A stretch of DNA of 64,000 nucleotides from an uncultured delta proteobacterium (GTDB taxonomy: Bacteria; Myxococcota; Myxococcia; Myxococcales; Anaeromyxobacteraceae), in the NCBI GenBank assembly GCA_963845515.1, contig CAWJSR010000003.1, positions 32,001-96,000 on the forward strand. Reading direction: 5' to 3'. The notes beneath the pieces were generated by a model. That model made no database searches. It saw nothing but the letters and a program-made list of their open reading frames with translations, and had not been told where the DNA came from. Both the position numbers and the translations under genes were made by a program. Numbering within the stretch: the first letter of the stretch is position 1; every line of letters starts with the position of its first letter. Positions 9,883 to 23,555 of this stretch are shown one piece after another.

Positions 9883-10650
9883 ATGCGTGGTATCACCGTC
9901 GTCCTGCTAGCCGCCGTAATCGCCGCGGTTGGCTGCAAGAAGTCCGAGCCCGCCGGGCAGCAGCCGGCCGGCGCCCCGTCGGCAGAGGCCGGCGCTCCGT
10001 CGACCCGCATCGAGGGGAAGCTCCTCGAGAAGATCGACGCGCCTCCCTACACGTACCTGAAGATCAAGACCGCCTCCGCCGAGACGTGGGCCGCGGTCCC
10101 GAAGGCCGAGGTCGCAGTCGGCCAGCAGGTGACCGTCGTCGACGCGATGCCGATGGAGAAGTTCGAGTCGAAGACGCTCAAGCGCACGTTCGACGTCGTC
10201 TACTTCGGCAACATCCCCGGCCCTGGTGCCGCGCCCGCCGCCGGCGCGCCCGCGGGCGCCGAGGGTGGTCCGGGCATGGCCGCGCAGCACGCCATGGCCG
10301 CCTCCGGCCCCTCCGAGGTCGGTGACGTGAAGGTCGCCAAGGCGACCGGCGCCGACTCCCGCACCGTGGCCGAGGTCTGGGCCCAGCGGAAGGCGCTCAA
10401 GGACAAGCCGGTCACCATCCGCGGCAAGGTCGTCAAGTTCAACCCGGGCATCATGGGGAAGAACTGGCTCCACCTCCGCGACGGCTCGGGCACGGTCGAC
10501 AAGAAGGACAACGACATCACCATCACCACCGCGGACACCGTGGCGGTCGGCGACGTCGTCACCGCGAAGGGCAAGGTCCTCGTCGAGAAGGACTTCGGCG
10601 CCGGCTACGCCTACCCGGTCATCATCGAAGAGGCGAAGGTCGCGAAGTAG
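9883..10650 (+). CDS. Lipoprotein with two OB-fold-like domains (NrfJ-like)
   Basis: Lipobox AVGC, YTYL..WAAV, GIMGKNWLHLRDGSG, DFGAGYAY; GGAGG RBS. Confidence 0.7.
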   Translation: MRGITVVLLAAVIAAVGCKKSEPAGQQPAGAPSAEAGAPSTRIEGKLLEKIDAPPYTYLKIKTASAETWAAVPKAEVAVGQQVTVVDAMPMEKFESKTLKRTFDVVYFGNIPGPGAAPAAGAPAGAEGGPGMAAQHAMAASGPSEVGDVKVAKATGADSRTVAEVWAQRKALKDKPVTIRGKVVKFNPGIMGKNWLHLRDGSGTVDKKDNDITITTADTVAVGDVVTAKGKVLVEKDFGAGYAYPVIIEEAKVAK

Positions 10651-10673
10651 GCGACGCTTCCCCCGAAGCACCG

Positions 10674-10705
10674 ACGGGCGCGCTCCGCGAGGGGCGCGCC
10701 CGTTT
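10674..10705 (+). terminator. GC-rich hairpin terminator between convergent genes
   Basis: ACGGGCGCGCTCC-GCGA-GGGGCGCGCCCGT followed by TT. Confidence 0.65.
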
Positions 10706-10720
10706 CACATCGGGGCTCGT

Positions 10721-12822
10721 CTAGTTCCGCCGCCCCGGCAGCCTCAGCGTCGTGTCCGTCTGGAACGCCGCCACCAGGTCGGACAGCTGGGACGACTGGG
10801 TCGACAGCTCGGCCGCCACGGAGGAGGACTCCTGGGCGCTCGCGGCGTTCTGCTGCGTCACGTTGTCGACGTCGGCCATCCCGGTGGAGATCTTCTCCAG
10901 GCTCCCCGCCTGCTCGCGCGCCGAGCCGCTGATCTCCTGGACGATGGCCGCCACCTTCGCGACGCCGCCGCGGATCTCGTCGAAGGTAGCGGCCACCGAG
11001 CGGGCGACCTGCTCCCCGTCGGCTGCCTGCTTGACCGACTCCCGGATCAGCCCCTCGGTCTTCATCGCCGCCTCCTTGGCGCGCAGCGCCAGGCTGCGGA
11101 CCTCCTCGGCGACCACCGCGAAGCCTCGCCCCGCCTCGCCCGCGCGCGCCGCCTCGACGGCTGCGTTGAGCGCCAACAGGTTGGTCTGGAAGGCGATCTC
11201 GTTGATGTCCCGGATGATCACCGAGCTGCCCTCGGCGGCGCCCCGGATCCGCTCGATGGTGCCGTTCATGTGGTTCATGGCGGCGCTGCCCCTGTCGGCG
11301 GCGCCCTGAGCCGCGCGCGCGAGCGCCTCGGCCTGCTGTGCCTCGTCGGAGGTCCGACGCCCCGCCGAGGCGACGTCGGCCAGCCGCGCGTTGGTGTCGC
11401 CGAGCGCCCCCGCCTGGCGGCTCGCACCGGCGGCCACCGCCTGGCTGGACGAGGCGATCTGCTCCGAGGCCGTCTGGATCTGCGCGACCGACTCGACCAC
11501 CTGCGCGACGGCGGCGTCGAGGGCGGCGCCGGTCGCGTTGACCACCTGCTTCAGCTGGGCGTGGTCCCCGGCGTAGTCCTCGGTCATCCGCGCGCGGAGG
11601 TCGCGCGCCGCGTAGCTCGCCAGGACGGCGGCCGCCTCCACGAGCGGCGAGGTGATGGCGTCGACCGTCGCGTTCACCCCGCGCAGGATCCGTCCGTAGT
11701 CGCCAGGGACGCGGCTCGCGTCGGCGCGGCGCCCGAGGTCACCGGCGCGCCCCGCCTGGATCACGACGTCCACCTCGTCGGTGAGGGTGTGGATGACCTG
11801 GACGCAGCGGTTGAGGTTCTCGACCAGGACGCCGAACTCCCCCGCGTACTTCTCCTGGATCGGCCTCGGGGTCTCGCCCCGCGCCAGGCGATCGATCGAC
11901 TCTGCCGCCTCGCGGACGGGCTTCACGAGCTTCTCCAGCATCGCGTTGACGTCGGCGATGAGCGCGCCGTTCTGCCCCGGGTAGCGCGACGGATCGGCCC
12001 GGACGTCGAGCCGCCCCTCCGTCGCGGCGGCGATGAGGAGCTTGAGGTCCGCGTTCCGCTTCCGTGAGACCTCGATGAGCGCGTTGACGCTCTCCTTCAG
12101 CTCGGCGAAGCGCCCGCGCAGGTCGTCCTCGATCGGCGGCGCGTCCTCGCCCGCGGCGTGGCGGCGGATCCGGTCGGCCGCCACCTCGATCGGCTTCACG
12201 ACGGCGTCGAGGAGCGTGTTGATGCGCCCCATCATCACGCCGTTGTAGCCGGGGTAGCACCCCACGTCGGCGCGGACCTCGAGCTCTCCGGCGCTGGCCG
12301 CCTCTATGAGCGTCTTCAGGTCGGTGTTCCGTCGGATGACGACGTCGATGACGGCGTTGAGGGCGTTCCGCTGCCGGTCGAGATCGCCCGTGGAACCGCT
12401 CGGTCAGGTGCTCGGGCAGGTCGCCGCGCGAGATCCGCTCGATCCCCACCAGCACCTTGTCGAACGGCGAGGCGAAGGAATCGATGGTCGCGTTGAGCCC
12501 CAGGACGATGGGGCGGAACTCCGGATCGATGTGGCCGGCGTCGCCGCGGACCGACAGCTTCCCGGCGGCGACGGCGTCGCGCACCCGGGCGACCTCGCCG
12601 AGCGTCTCGTCGATCGCGCCGCCGACCATCCTCGACACGAGGAGGCCGGAGAGCGCGACGAGGAGGCCGACCGCCGCCCCGGCGGCGACGCCGATCCAGT
12701 CGGCGTCCCCGAGGCCGAACGCCCTGGCGAGCCAGCTGCTCGCCCCCGCGACCACGACGCCTCCCCCGGCGAGGATCGACGAGCGCGAGGATCTTGTTGC
12801 CTATGGTGAGTCCCTGGCGCAC
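10721..12822 (-). CDS. Methyl-accepting chemotaxis protein with poly-HAMP region (apparent frameshifts near 12260, 12390 and 12780)
   Basis: [30 protein letters not shown]; repeated G.L..RAD..G..I..N units spread over several frames. Confidence 0.85.
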
Positions 12823-12936
12823 GAACCGACCTCCGTGGCGCTACACGCGCCGCATGCCCCCCCGGGAAGAGCCGTCAGGTTACCACCTCGACCGGGTCGG
12901 ACAATTCGCCGCGTCGAGATTCTGCGACGCGCACGC

Positions 12937-13499
12937 CTACAGGTAGGCGCCGTAGTCGAGCTTCACCTTCATCCAGAACTCGGCGGTCAGGTCGGCGGTC
13001 CAGGTCGAGAGCGGCAGGCCGCCGCCGGTGTACTCGGCCTTGATGTTGAGCTGCCCCGCGCTGAGGTACGGCTTCAGGTCGGCGTCGGTCTCGCTCGTCG
13101 CGGTGATCCGCGTGACGTTCGTCGCCGGTGTGGCGGGTTGGTGTACGCCAGCAGGACGAGGTCTACGAGGCCGCTCCCTGCCGGCGCCAGCGCGGTGATG
13201 GTCACCGACTCGAATGTCGTCGAAGTTGGACATCGGACCGGAGGTGTCGAGGCACGAGCGTCATCCGTGAGAGCTCGCAGGTCGAACTCGACGTTCGGCT
13301 CGTTGACGAGGGGGACGTTGGCGCCGACGTCGACGACGATGTCCTCCCGGACGGTCACGCCGGCGGGGGCGCCGGGGAAGCTGTACTGCGGCAGCGTCAC
13401 CGCCACGCTCGGCATCTCCAGCTCGGCGAACAGGACGGGGCCGCCGCAGCCGGCGAGGGTGAGGGCGAGAGACGAGGCAAGAAGGGTGCGTGCGCGCAT
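12937..13499 (-). CDS. Putative lipoprotein (frameshifted across ORFs 13074..13499 and 12937..13233)
   Basis: Lipobox LAGC, GAGG RBS, continuation in alternate frames. Confidence 0.55.
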
Positions 13500-13512
13500 G
13501 GTCGCCTCGCTC

Positions 13513-14094
13513 TCAGAGGTAGAAGAGGATGCCGAGCTTCACCGACGGCAACGTCGCCCGGAACTCGGGATCGGCGATCCGGACGGTGGCCGTCTGGCCG
13601 GTCCCCGTGTTGGTCACCTCGGAGACGCCGTGGATGGTGGTCCAGAAGTAGGAGAGGCCGGCCCGGGCGAAGATGACGAAGCGGCGCGCCGAGCCGAGCT
13701 CGATCCCGACCTGGGCGTTCACGTAGTTGTACCCGACGTCCTTCAGGAGCGGCCTCAGCTCAGTGGGCACGCCGGCGCTCTGGTCGGCTACCCAGGTCAT
13801 GTCCGAGTCGAAGTAGTGGCCCAGCTCGAGGTTGAACGTCGGGTCGATCGGCCAGTGGAAGGGGGCGAGCCCGACGCCCCCCTGCAGGCCGTAGCCGAAG
13901 TAGTTCCAGCTGCCGCCTGCGGAGAGCCTCAGGAAGTCGAGCGGCCGGTAGACCCCGCTCAAGACCAGGCCGTCGGGGACGCCAGCGGCGGCCGACACGC
14001 CGAAGCGCGGGAAGCGATCGTACGACGGCGGATCGGCGTCGCCAGCGAGCGAGATCGCGGGGGTGAGCAGGGCGAGCAGCAGCAGTCGTCGCAT
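13513..14094 (-). CDS. Secreted or outer-membrane beta-barrel-like protein
   Basis: Signal peptide, amphipathic beta pattern, ends VKLGILFYL. Confidence 0.6.
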   Translation of the reverse strand: MRRLLLLALLTPAISLAGDADPPSYDRFPRFGVSAAAGVPDGLVLSGVYRPLDFLRLSAGGSWNYFGYGLQGGVGLAPFHWPIDPTFNLELGHYFDSDMTWVADQSAGVPTELRPLLKDVGYNYVNAQVGIELGSARRFVIFARAGLSYFWTTIHGVSEVTNTGTGQTATVRIADPEFRATLPSVKLGILFYL

Positions 14095-14227
14095 GTGGTC
14101 TCCGGGGCTTCGCTCTCCGAGACTGGGAGCATAATCGGTCCGTCCTCGGGACCATCCGCCTCGATGGGGGTGCGCCCGGAGCGCGGCCCCTGTGGCGCGC
14201 GCGCCCGTTTTGGGCGATTAAGGGCCG

Positions 14228-14782
14228 GTGGCGCTCCCATCCATCCTGCATCGCTTCGAAGTCCAGCTCTCCCACGTAGACAAGGGGGTGGAGCAGCAGC
14301 TCTCCATCTCCGCCGCACGCCACCCCTCCGAGACGCTCGAGCGGCTCTGGCTCCGCGTGATCGCCTGGCTCTGGCAGTGGGAGGAGGGGATCTCGTTCGG
14401 TCCCGGCCTCTGCGAGCCCGATGCGCCCGACGCCTTCGTCGCCTCGCCCCGCGGCGGCTTCTCGCTCCTGGTCCGCGTCGGGAAGCCCGAGCCGGAGCGG
14501 ATCGACAGGGAGGTCTCGCGCAACTCGGGCGCGCGCGTGGCGGTCCTGTTCGACTCCCTGAAGCGGCTGGAGTCCTTCGTCGAGGAGGCGCGCGCGCTGG
14601 GGCTGACCCGCGCGGGGCGGGCGGAGCTGGCGGCGGTCGACTCCACCTTCCTGTCGGCGCTTGCCGCCGACGATGCCCGGCGCGCGAAGGTGTCGGTGAC
14701 CATCGTCGGCGACCACGTCTACGTCATCGACGCCGCCGGACGGGCGCTCGACTCCCCCATCCACCGGGCGGTAATCCAGTAA
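14228..14782 (+). CDS. yaeQ: YaeQ family protein
   Basis: ARHPSETLERLWLRVIAW and FGPGLCEPDAPD motifs. Confidence 0.85.
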   Translation: MALPSILHRFEVQLSHVDKGVEQQLSISAARHPSETLERLWLRVIAWLWQWEEGISFGPGLCEPDAPDAFVASPRGGFSLLVRVGKPEPERIDREVSRNSGARVAVLFDSLKRLESFVEEARALGLTRAGRAELAAVDSTFLSALAADDARRAKVSVTIVGDHVYVIDAAGRALDSPIHRAVIQ

Positions 14783-14863
14783 TTCCAAGGGGTCATCCCG
14801 TTGGGGTGCTACGCGCCAGTCTTTTGAAGTGCACCCTCACGCAGTCACGTTACATTTTGATCT

Positions 14864-14888
14864 AAAGTGGACTACATATGTCCGGCTT
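14864..14888. promoter_or_regulatory. Candidate Rrf2/SufR-type operator of the suf operon
   Basis: AAAGTGGAC-TACATAT-GTCCGGCTT (GGAC-N7-GTCC) in an AT-rich stretch upstream of the intron and sufB. Confidence 0.45.
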
Positions 14889-14950
14889 CCGTTCGGACAA
14901 GTGGAAGCGACCGCTTGGCGCGGGACTGGCTCATATGTGCGGGAATGACC

Positions 14951-16848
14951 GTGCGCCGCGCAAAGCGGCGTGTTCTCAGCGGGATGAAAGGAGCCCACCT
15001 CGAATGAATCGAGCATCCGAGTAGCGAGGTCCCCTGCGTGACGCCGCGAGGCGTCCAGCAGAAGCGGGGCCAGGACGCCGGTGGCCGCAAGCCATCGGCT
15101 GCGAAACGACGGGCCGTAGCGCGCAGCGAACCCAGACGTAGCCTCGTAAACGCAACGGAGAGGCCGAGCCTCTGATCATTGGGCGAAGGCAGCACGCGCC
15201 GGGCAGTCTCGATGACGCCGGTTGCGCTCTCCCGGGGTATCAGGGACGGCACGCGGCGAAGGGAACGCGCTGAACGCGGGAGACCTCGACCGGCGCGGTG
15301 AAGCGACCGCGACCGCACGCACAAGACGGCAGCCGAGGCGAGCGGGCCGGACGAGGAGTCGGACGAGTCCGTAGTACCGACGAAGGCGGTGAAAGCCGCT
15401 GGAGGGAAGGGGCTCTACTCGAAGACGCGACCTCTGCGAGGAAGGAGCTGGGGATTGTGGCGACACTAAAAACCCCAGAGAAGCTCCGGGACCTGCAACG
15501 GGCGCTGTACCTGCGAGCCAAGAAGGAGTCGAGCTTCCGAGCGTACGCACTGTACGACAAGGTGTACCGACGGGACGTGCTGGCGCACGCCTACGCGCTG
15601 TGCAAGGCGAACGGCGGGGCGCCGGGTCCTGACGGCGAGACCTTCGAGGACATCGAGACGCGCGGCAGCGAGGTGCTGCTGGAGGAGCTGCACGATGAGC
15701 TGAAGACGAAGCGGTACCGGCCTGGACCGGTTAGGCGGGTGTACATCCCGAAGCTCAGCGGCGGCGAGCGACCGTTGGGGATTCCCAACATCCGCGACCG
15801 CGTCGTGCAGACGGCGGCGAAGCTGCTGCTCGAACCGCTCTTCGAGGCGGACTTCGACGCGGACTCGTACGGATTCCGTCCGAAGCGAAGCGCACACCAG
15901 GCGCTCGACGCCATCCGCGAAGCACTCGAGCAAGGGATGTACTGGGTCATCGACGCCGACGTCACGGCCTACTTCGACACGATTCCGCACGACCGCCTGA
16001 TGAAGACGGTGGCGGAGCGGGTCGTCGACGGGGCGATGCTCGCGCTGGTGAAGGGGTTCCTGGAGGCGCCCGTCGTCGACGAACGCGACGGCGGACGACC
16101 GAAGCGCACCGCGCAGGGCACGCCGCAGGGCGGGGTGATTTCGCCTCTCCTGGCGAACGTGTACCTGCACCTGCTCGACCGGAACTTCCGCAGGCGCGTG
16201 GAAGCGGGCAGCCTCGAAGGTCGTCTGATCCGCTACGCGGACGATCTGGTGGTGCTGTCCCGCAGGCGCCCGGACCGAGAGCTCGCATGGGTGAAGCAGC
16301 TCATGTCTCGACTCGGCTTGACGCTCCACCCGGAGAAGACGCGGGTTGTGAACGCAAGGCACGAACACTTCACGTTCCTCGGGCACACGCATTTCTGGCG
16401 TCGAGGGGAGCTGTACCTCGACATCGGGAAGAAGGCGCGCAAGCGCATCCGCGATGAGCTGCGGCGGAGAACTCGACGGACGGGGCTCAGCCTCGACGAG
16501 CTTGTCGAGGAACTGAACCCGTATATCCGAGGGGCCCGGCAGTACTTCCGCCGGGTGCTGCGCAAGCGGCTCTCCAGCCTGGACCACACTGTCGGAGGTC
16601 TCGTCGCGCGGTGGGGGAGGCGCAAGCACACGCTCTCCCGGCCAGCATGGTCGCTCGTGCAGGGAGGCGCACTCCACAGGGACCATGGGCTGGAACGGTG
16701 GAACCTGCCCCCGGCTCTCCGCCCAGCAGACTCAAGGCGCGCGAGGTGAACGTCGAGGGAAGCCGTATGCGGGAAATCCGCACGTACGGTTTGACGGGGG
16801 GCTGCTGGCGCGCACGTCACAGACGGCGATGCTGGGGTCTATCCCGAC
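14951..16848 (+). mobile_element. Full-length group II intron
   Basis: 5' GTGCG at 14951; RT ORF; domain V AAGCCGTATGCGGGAAATCCGCACGTACGGTTT near 16760-16792; 3' end TCTATCCCGAC at 16848; EBS1-like loop GATCATT (15174-15180) pairs 6/7 with the 5' exon AATGACC. Confidence 0.9.
15457..16749 (+). CDS. ltrA: Group II intron reverse transcriptase/maturase, no obvious endonuclease domain
   Basis: [34 protein letters not shown] start after an AAGGAG RBS. Confidence 0.95.
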   Translation: MATLKTPEKLRDLQRALYLRAKKESSFRAYALYDKVYRRDVLAHAYALCKANGGAPGPDGETFEDIETRGSEVLLEELHDELKTKRYRPGPVRRVYIPKLSGGERPLGIPNIRDRVVQTAAKLLLEPLFEADFDADSYGFRPKRSAHQALDAIREALEQGMYWVIDADVTAYFDTIPHDRLMKTVAERVVDGAMLALVKGFLEAPVVDERDGGRPKRTAQGTPQGGVISPLLANVYLHLLDRNFRRRVEAGSLEGRLIRYADDLVVLSRRRPDRELAWVKQLMSRLGLTLHPEKTRVVNARHEHFTFLGHTHFWRRGELYLDIGKKARKRIRDELRRRTRRTGLSLDELVEELNPYIRGARQYFRRVLRKRLSSLDHTVGGLVARWGRRKHTLSRPAWSLVQGGALHRDHGLERWNLPPALRPADSRRAR

Positions 16849-16849
16849 A

Positions 16850-18289
<1,440 letters not shown>

Positions 18290-18314
18290 CCCCACGCCGG
18301 AAGGGACGGACGAC

Positions 18315-19084
<770 letters not shown>

Positions 19085-19088
<4 letters not shown>

Positions 19089-20404
19089 CGCCGCTCGAGC
19101 AGAGCCTGCAGGCGGCGCTGGCCGCCGGCGTGGCAGGTGGGCCCGACTGGCTCCGCGAGGTGCGGGATCGCGGCGCCCGCGGGTTCCGCGCGGCCGGCCT
19201 GCCGCACGGCAAGATCGAGGAGTGGCGCTTCACCAGCCTGCAGGGGCTGACGCCGAGCGCCCTCGTCCGCGCAGGCGACTCCGCGACGGGCGACGGCGCC
19301 GCCCTCCTCGAGACGGCGCAGCTCCCCGCCGGGGAGGCGCGGTTCGTGCTGGTCAACGGCCTGCTGCGCGAGGAGCTGTCCAGCCGGGGAGCCCTCCCGC
19401 CGGCCGTCGTCGCGACGAGCCTCGCGCGCGCATGGGCCGAGCAGCCCGAGCTCGTCCGCGGCCGGCTCGGCCGCCACGCGGACGTGGAGCGCCATCCGTT
19501 CGGCGCCCTGAACACGGCCCTCATGGAGGACGGCGTCCTCCTCCACGTGCCGGCCGGCACCGTGATCGACGCGCCGATCCACGTGGTCTTCCTGAGCGAC
19601 TCCCCCGGCGCGGCGGTGATCAGCAACCCGCGCGTCCTCGTCGTCGCCGGCGAGGGGGCGCGCTTCGCCGTCGCCGAGCACTGGCTCGGTGCCGCCGACG
19701 GTCTCTACGTCGCGAACGGCGTCGCCGAGCTCTTCCTCGCCGACGGCGCGCAGGTGGAGCACTACGCGCTCCAGGCTCACGGGGCGCAGGCCTGGCACTT
19801 CGGCGCGATCTTCTCCGAGCAGGGGGCGAAGTCGAAGCTCAAGCTCCACGGCCTGGCGTTCGGCGCCCAGCTGTCCCGCACCGAGATCCACTCGCGCCTC
19901 GTCGGCGAAGGGGCGTCGATCGACCTCACCGGCCTCTCGATGCTCTCGGGGACGCAGCTCTCGGACGTGCACTCCATCGTCGAGCACGCGGTGCCGCGCT
20001 GCGAGACGGTCGAGAGCTTCAAGGCGATCCTCGACGGCCACTCCCGGGGAGTCTTCGCCGGGCGGATCCGCGTCCTCCCCGGGGCGCAGAAGACGCAGGC
20101 CTACCAGCAGAGCTCCAGCCTCCTCCTCTCCGAGGACGCGGTCATCGACACGATGCCGCAGCTCGAGATCTTCGCGGACGACGTGAAGTGCGGCCACGGC
20201 GGCGCGGTCGGCCAGCTCGACGCCGGCGCGCTCTTCTACCTGCGCACCCGCGGCCTGGACGAGGCCGCTGCGCGGGGGCTGCTCATCTACGCGTTCGCCG
20301 CGGAGATGGTCGATCGGATCGCCCCGCCGGCCCTGCGCGCCAGGGCCAGGGCGCTCGTCGCGGCCCGCCTGCCTGGGGGCGCGAAGATCCTGGAGGCCGC
20401 ATGA
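19085..20404 (+). CDS. sufD: Fe-S assembly protein SufD
   Basis: EEWRFT, PQLEIFADDVKCGHG, LFYLRTRG. Confidence 0.93.
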
Positions 20405-21649
20405 CCACCGCGACCGTCACGCGCAGGGTGCCCTCGTTCGACCTGGCCCGGATCCGGGCCCAGTTCCCGATCCTGTCGACCGAGGCGCACGGGAAGCCGC
20501 TCGTCTACCTGGACACCGCCGCGACCTCGCAGAAGCCGCAGGCGGTCATCGACGCCGAGATCCGCTTCTACGAGCGGGAGTGCGCCAACGTCCACCGCGG
20601 CGTCCACTACCTCTCCGAGCTGGCGACGAGGGACTACGAGGCGTCGCGCGCCACCGTCGCCCGCTTCCTCCGCGCCGATCCGAAGGACGTCGATCTTCGT
20701 CCGTGGGACGACGGAGGCGATCAACCTCGTCGCCCAGACCTTCGGCCGGCAGCGCGTCGGCCCCGGCGACGAGATCCTCGTCACGACGATGGAGCACCAC
20801 TCCAACATCGTCCCGTGGCAGCAGGTCGCGCAGGAGAAGGGGGCGAAGGTCGTCCCGGTGCCGATCACCGACGCGGGGGACCTGGACCTCGACGCGCTGG
20901 CGCGGCTCATCGGCCCCCGCACGAAGCTGCTCGCCGTCACGCAGGTCTCCAACGCGCTCGGCACCGTGAACCCGCTCGGCGAGGTGATCCGGCTCGCGAA
21001 GGCGCAGGGGGTCCCGGTCCTCGTCGACGGCGCGCAGGGGGCGCCGCACCTCGGCTTCGACGCCCCCGCGTCGGGGGCCGACTTCTATGCGTTCAGCGGC
21101 CACAAGATCTACGGCCCCACCGGGATCGGCGTCCTCTGGGCGAAGCGGGAGCACCTCGAGGCGATGCCCCCGTGGCAGGGCGGCGGGGACATGATCCTGT
21201 CGGTCGGCTTCGACAAGACCACCTTCGCGAAGCCGCCGGCGAAGTTCGAGGCCGGCACGCCCGCCATCGCGCAGGCGATCGGCCTCGGCGCGGCCATCGC
21301 GTGGCTCGAGGGGGTGGGGATCGAGGTCGCCGCGGCCCACGAGCACGAGGTGATCGCCTACGCCGAGGCGGCGCTGCGGGAGATCCCGGGGATGCGCTTC
21401 GTCGGCACGCCGCGGCAGCGCGCCGGGGCCATCTCCTTCCTGCTCGGCGACGTCCACCCGCACGACGTGGCGACCATCATCGACCGGCACGGCGTCGCCG
21501 TGCGCGCCGGCCATCACTGCGCCCAGCCGGTGATGAAGCGCTACGGCGTGGCCGCGACCGTGCGCGCCAGCTTTGGCGTATACAGCAGCCGTGAGGACGT
21601 GGACGCGCTCGTGCGCGCGCTCCACGCTGCGAGGGAGGTCTTCGCGTGA
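20401..21649 (+). CDS. sufS: Cysteine desulfurase SufS (one apparent frameshift near 20690)
   Basis: YLDTAATSQKP, NVHRG, MEHHSNIVPWQ, SGHK, RAGHHCAQP. Confidence 0.93.
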
Positions 21650-22098
21650 GCGAGCTGTCGGATCTCTACCAGGAGGTGGTCCTCGACCACGGGAAGCGGC
21701 CGCGCAACTTCGGCCCGCTCGACGGGGCGACGCACCACGCGGAGGGGCTCAACCCGCTCTGCGGGGACCACCTGACCGTCTACGCGAAGGTCGAGGGGGG
21801 CGTCCTCAGGGAGGCCCGCTTCACCGGCGACGGCTGCGCCATCTCCAAGGCGTCCGCCTCGGTCATGACCGGGCTCGTGAAGGGCAAGACCGCCGCCGAC
21901 GTCGACGCGCTCTACGAGAAGTTCCACGCCCTCGTCACCGAGGGGCCGAACGCGGCCGGCGATCCCGAGGCTCTGGGGAAGCTGGCGGTGTTCGGCGGCG
22001 TTCACGACTACCCGACCCGCGTGAAGTGCGCGAGCCTCGCCTGGCACACCCTCCGCGCCGCGCTCCGCGGCGAGGGGGCGCCCATCTCCACGGAGTGA
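21646..22098 (+). CDS. sufU: SUF system NifU-family protein SufU
   Basis: LYQEVVLDH, NPLCGD, GCAISKAS, RVKCASLAW. Confidence 0.93.
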   Translation: MSELSDLYQEVVLDHGKRPRNFGPLDGATHHAEGLNPLCGDHLTVYAKVEGGVLREARFTGDGCAISKASASVMTGLVKGKTAADVDALYEKFHALVTEGPNAAGDPEALGKLAVFGGVHDYPTRVKCASLAWHTLRAALRGEGAPISTE

Positions 22099-22105
22099 AG
22101 CGCAC

Positions 22106-22666
22106 ATGACTCGCCACGAACCCGTCGCCCTGAAGCGCCCCGTCGAGGCCATCCTGGTCCCGAGCGGCGAGCGCGCGACCATCCCCGCGGGTGAGTGGGT
22201 CACCGTCCAGCAGACGCTCGGCGGCCAGTTCACCGCGATGACGATGCGCGGCGGCATCGTCCGGATCGACGGCCACGACGCCGACGCGCTCGGAGACAGC
22301 TACGTCGAGGAGGCGAAGCGCGCTCAGGACAAGTCCACCGCGATCGAGACCGGGGAGCTCACCGAGGACAAGGTCTGGGAGACGATCGGCGAGATCTACG
22401 ACCCGGAGCTGCCGGTGAGCATCGTCGAGCTGGGGCTCGTCTACTTCGTCGGCGTGGAGAAGATCGAGGGCGGCTCGAAGGTCACGGTCAAGATGACGCT
22501 CACGGCGCCGGGCTGCGGCATCGGCGACGTCCTGCTGGAGGACGTGCGCGAGCGGCTTCGCCGGATGCCTGGCGTCAAGGAGTCGGACGTCGAGATGGTC
22601 TTCGAGCCGCCGTGGCACTCGGGGATGATGACCGAGGCGGCGCGCCTGACGCTCGGGTTCTACTAG
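22106..22666 (+). CDS. sufT: Fe-S assembly protein SufT (DUF59)
   Basis: YDPELPVSIVELGLVY, MTLTAPGCG, PPW motif. Confidence 0.9.
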   Translation: MTRHEPVALKRPVEAILVPSGERATIPAGEWVTVQQTLGGQFTAMTMRGGIVRIDGHDADALGDSYVEEAKRAQDKSTAIETGELTEDKVWETIGEIYDPELPVSIVELGLVYFVGVEKIEGGSKVTVKMTLTAPGCGIGDVLLEDVRERLRRMPGVKESDVEMVFEPPWHSGMMTEAARLTLGFY

Positions 22667-22786
22667 AGCGACGCCGCGGCCCTTGCGCGGGTCGCGTCCT
22701 TCCGGTCACGAGATCCAGCGTACTCACCCGGGCTCCCCCGGCAGTGGCTCCGTGCGCGCCCCGGTCAGCGCGACAATGATCACGCC

Positions 22787-23008
22787 ATGACGTCGGGGTT
22801 GAGCCAGTTCATCCTCTTCCTGCTGTTCCTCTTCCTGCTGGTGGGGTCGGCGATCCTCGTGTGGGACGGGCTCGCGACCGGCTTCGGCCACGGTCGCGCC
22901 GCCGCGCTGCACGGCGCCGACCACGCCAGGGGGCGCCTCGCAGCGGGCATCGTCGGGTTCGCGATCACCGTCTGGATCGCGCTCGGGATGCTCACGCACG
23001 CGTGGTGA
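22787..23008 (+). CDS. Small membrane protein
   Basis: 73 aa with two hydrophobic helices. Confidence 0.45.
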   Translation: MTSGLSQFILFLLFLFLLVGSAILVWDGLATGFGHGRAAALHGADHARGRLAAGIVGFAITVWIALGMLTHAW

Positions 23009-23066
23009 GGGCGGAACGCGGGGGGAGCTCGCGCCGGGGGCGAAAACGCCCGCTGGAGACGCGTGC

Positions 23067-23429
23067 CTACCCCTCGACGACGTACTTGAAGACCGAGGTC
23101 CCGATCCTGATCACGTCGCCGTGGCGGAGCGTCTGCTCCTTCATGGCCTTCGAGTTCAGGAACGTGCCGTTGGTCGACTCGAGGTCCACGAGGACGTGGT
23201 TCCCCCCCGAGACGAAGATCCGGGCGTGGCGGCGGGACGCCTGGTCGGACACGACGACGACGGTGTTCCCCTCCTCCCGTCCGAGCGTCAGGTCCTCCTC
23301 GCCGACGGGGTAGCGCTTGCCGGCCTCCCCTTCGTTCGACGCGTGAACGACCGCCAGCACAGCCTTGGGGGCTGGAACGGCTCCCGACGACTGCGGTGAG
23401 GCTCCGACGCGGGTCTCGTCCATGCTCAT
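23067..23429 (-). CDS. FHA domain protein
   Basis: LGR, ASRRHA, DLESTNGTFLN, LRHGDVIRIG; GAGGAG RBS before MSMDET. Confidence 0.9.
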   Translation of the reverse strand: MSMDETRVGASPQSSGAVPAPKAVLAVVHASNEGEAGKRYPVGEEDLTLGREEGNTVVVVSDQASRRHARIFVSGGNHVLVDLESTNGTFLNSKAMKEQTLRHGDVIRIGTSVFKYVVEG

Positions 23430-23555
23430 CGTGGCGGCTCCTCGGTCCCCTCCGAAGGCGATCTGGTTAACACGGACTGGCGGATCAGTGGAAGTTTCCG
23501 CCGCGCCCCCACGAGGTCGGTGGCCGGTCCAGTCCCCTCGCGCTACGCTCCGCGG

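Noticed and set aside
15457..16749. RT as a retron, DGR or defence RT
   Set aside because: It has group II intron motifs, a GTGCG 5' end and canonical domain V/VI; no TR/VR pair was seen.
20401..21649. Frameshifts in sufS, the aldo/keto reductase, ccoG, OFOR alpha, ccoI and RHS as programmed frameshifting or pseudogenes
   Set aside because: Isolated indels occur throughout otherwise intact conserved genes without slippery motifs; sequencing error is the simpler explanation.
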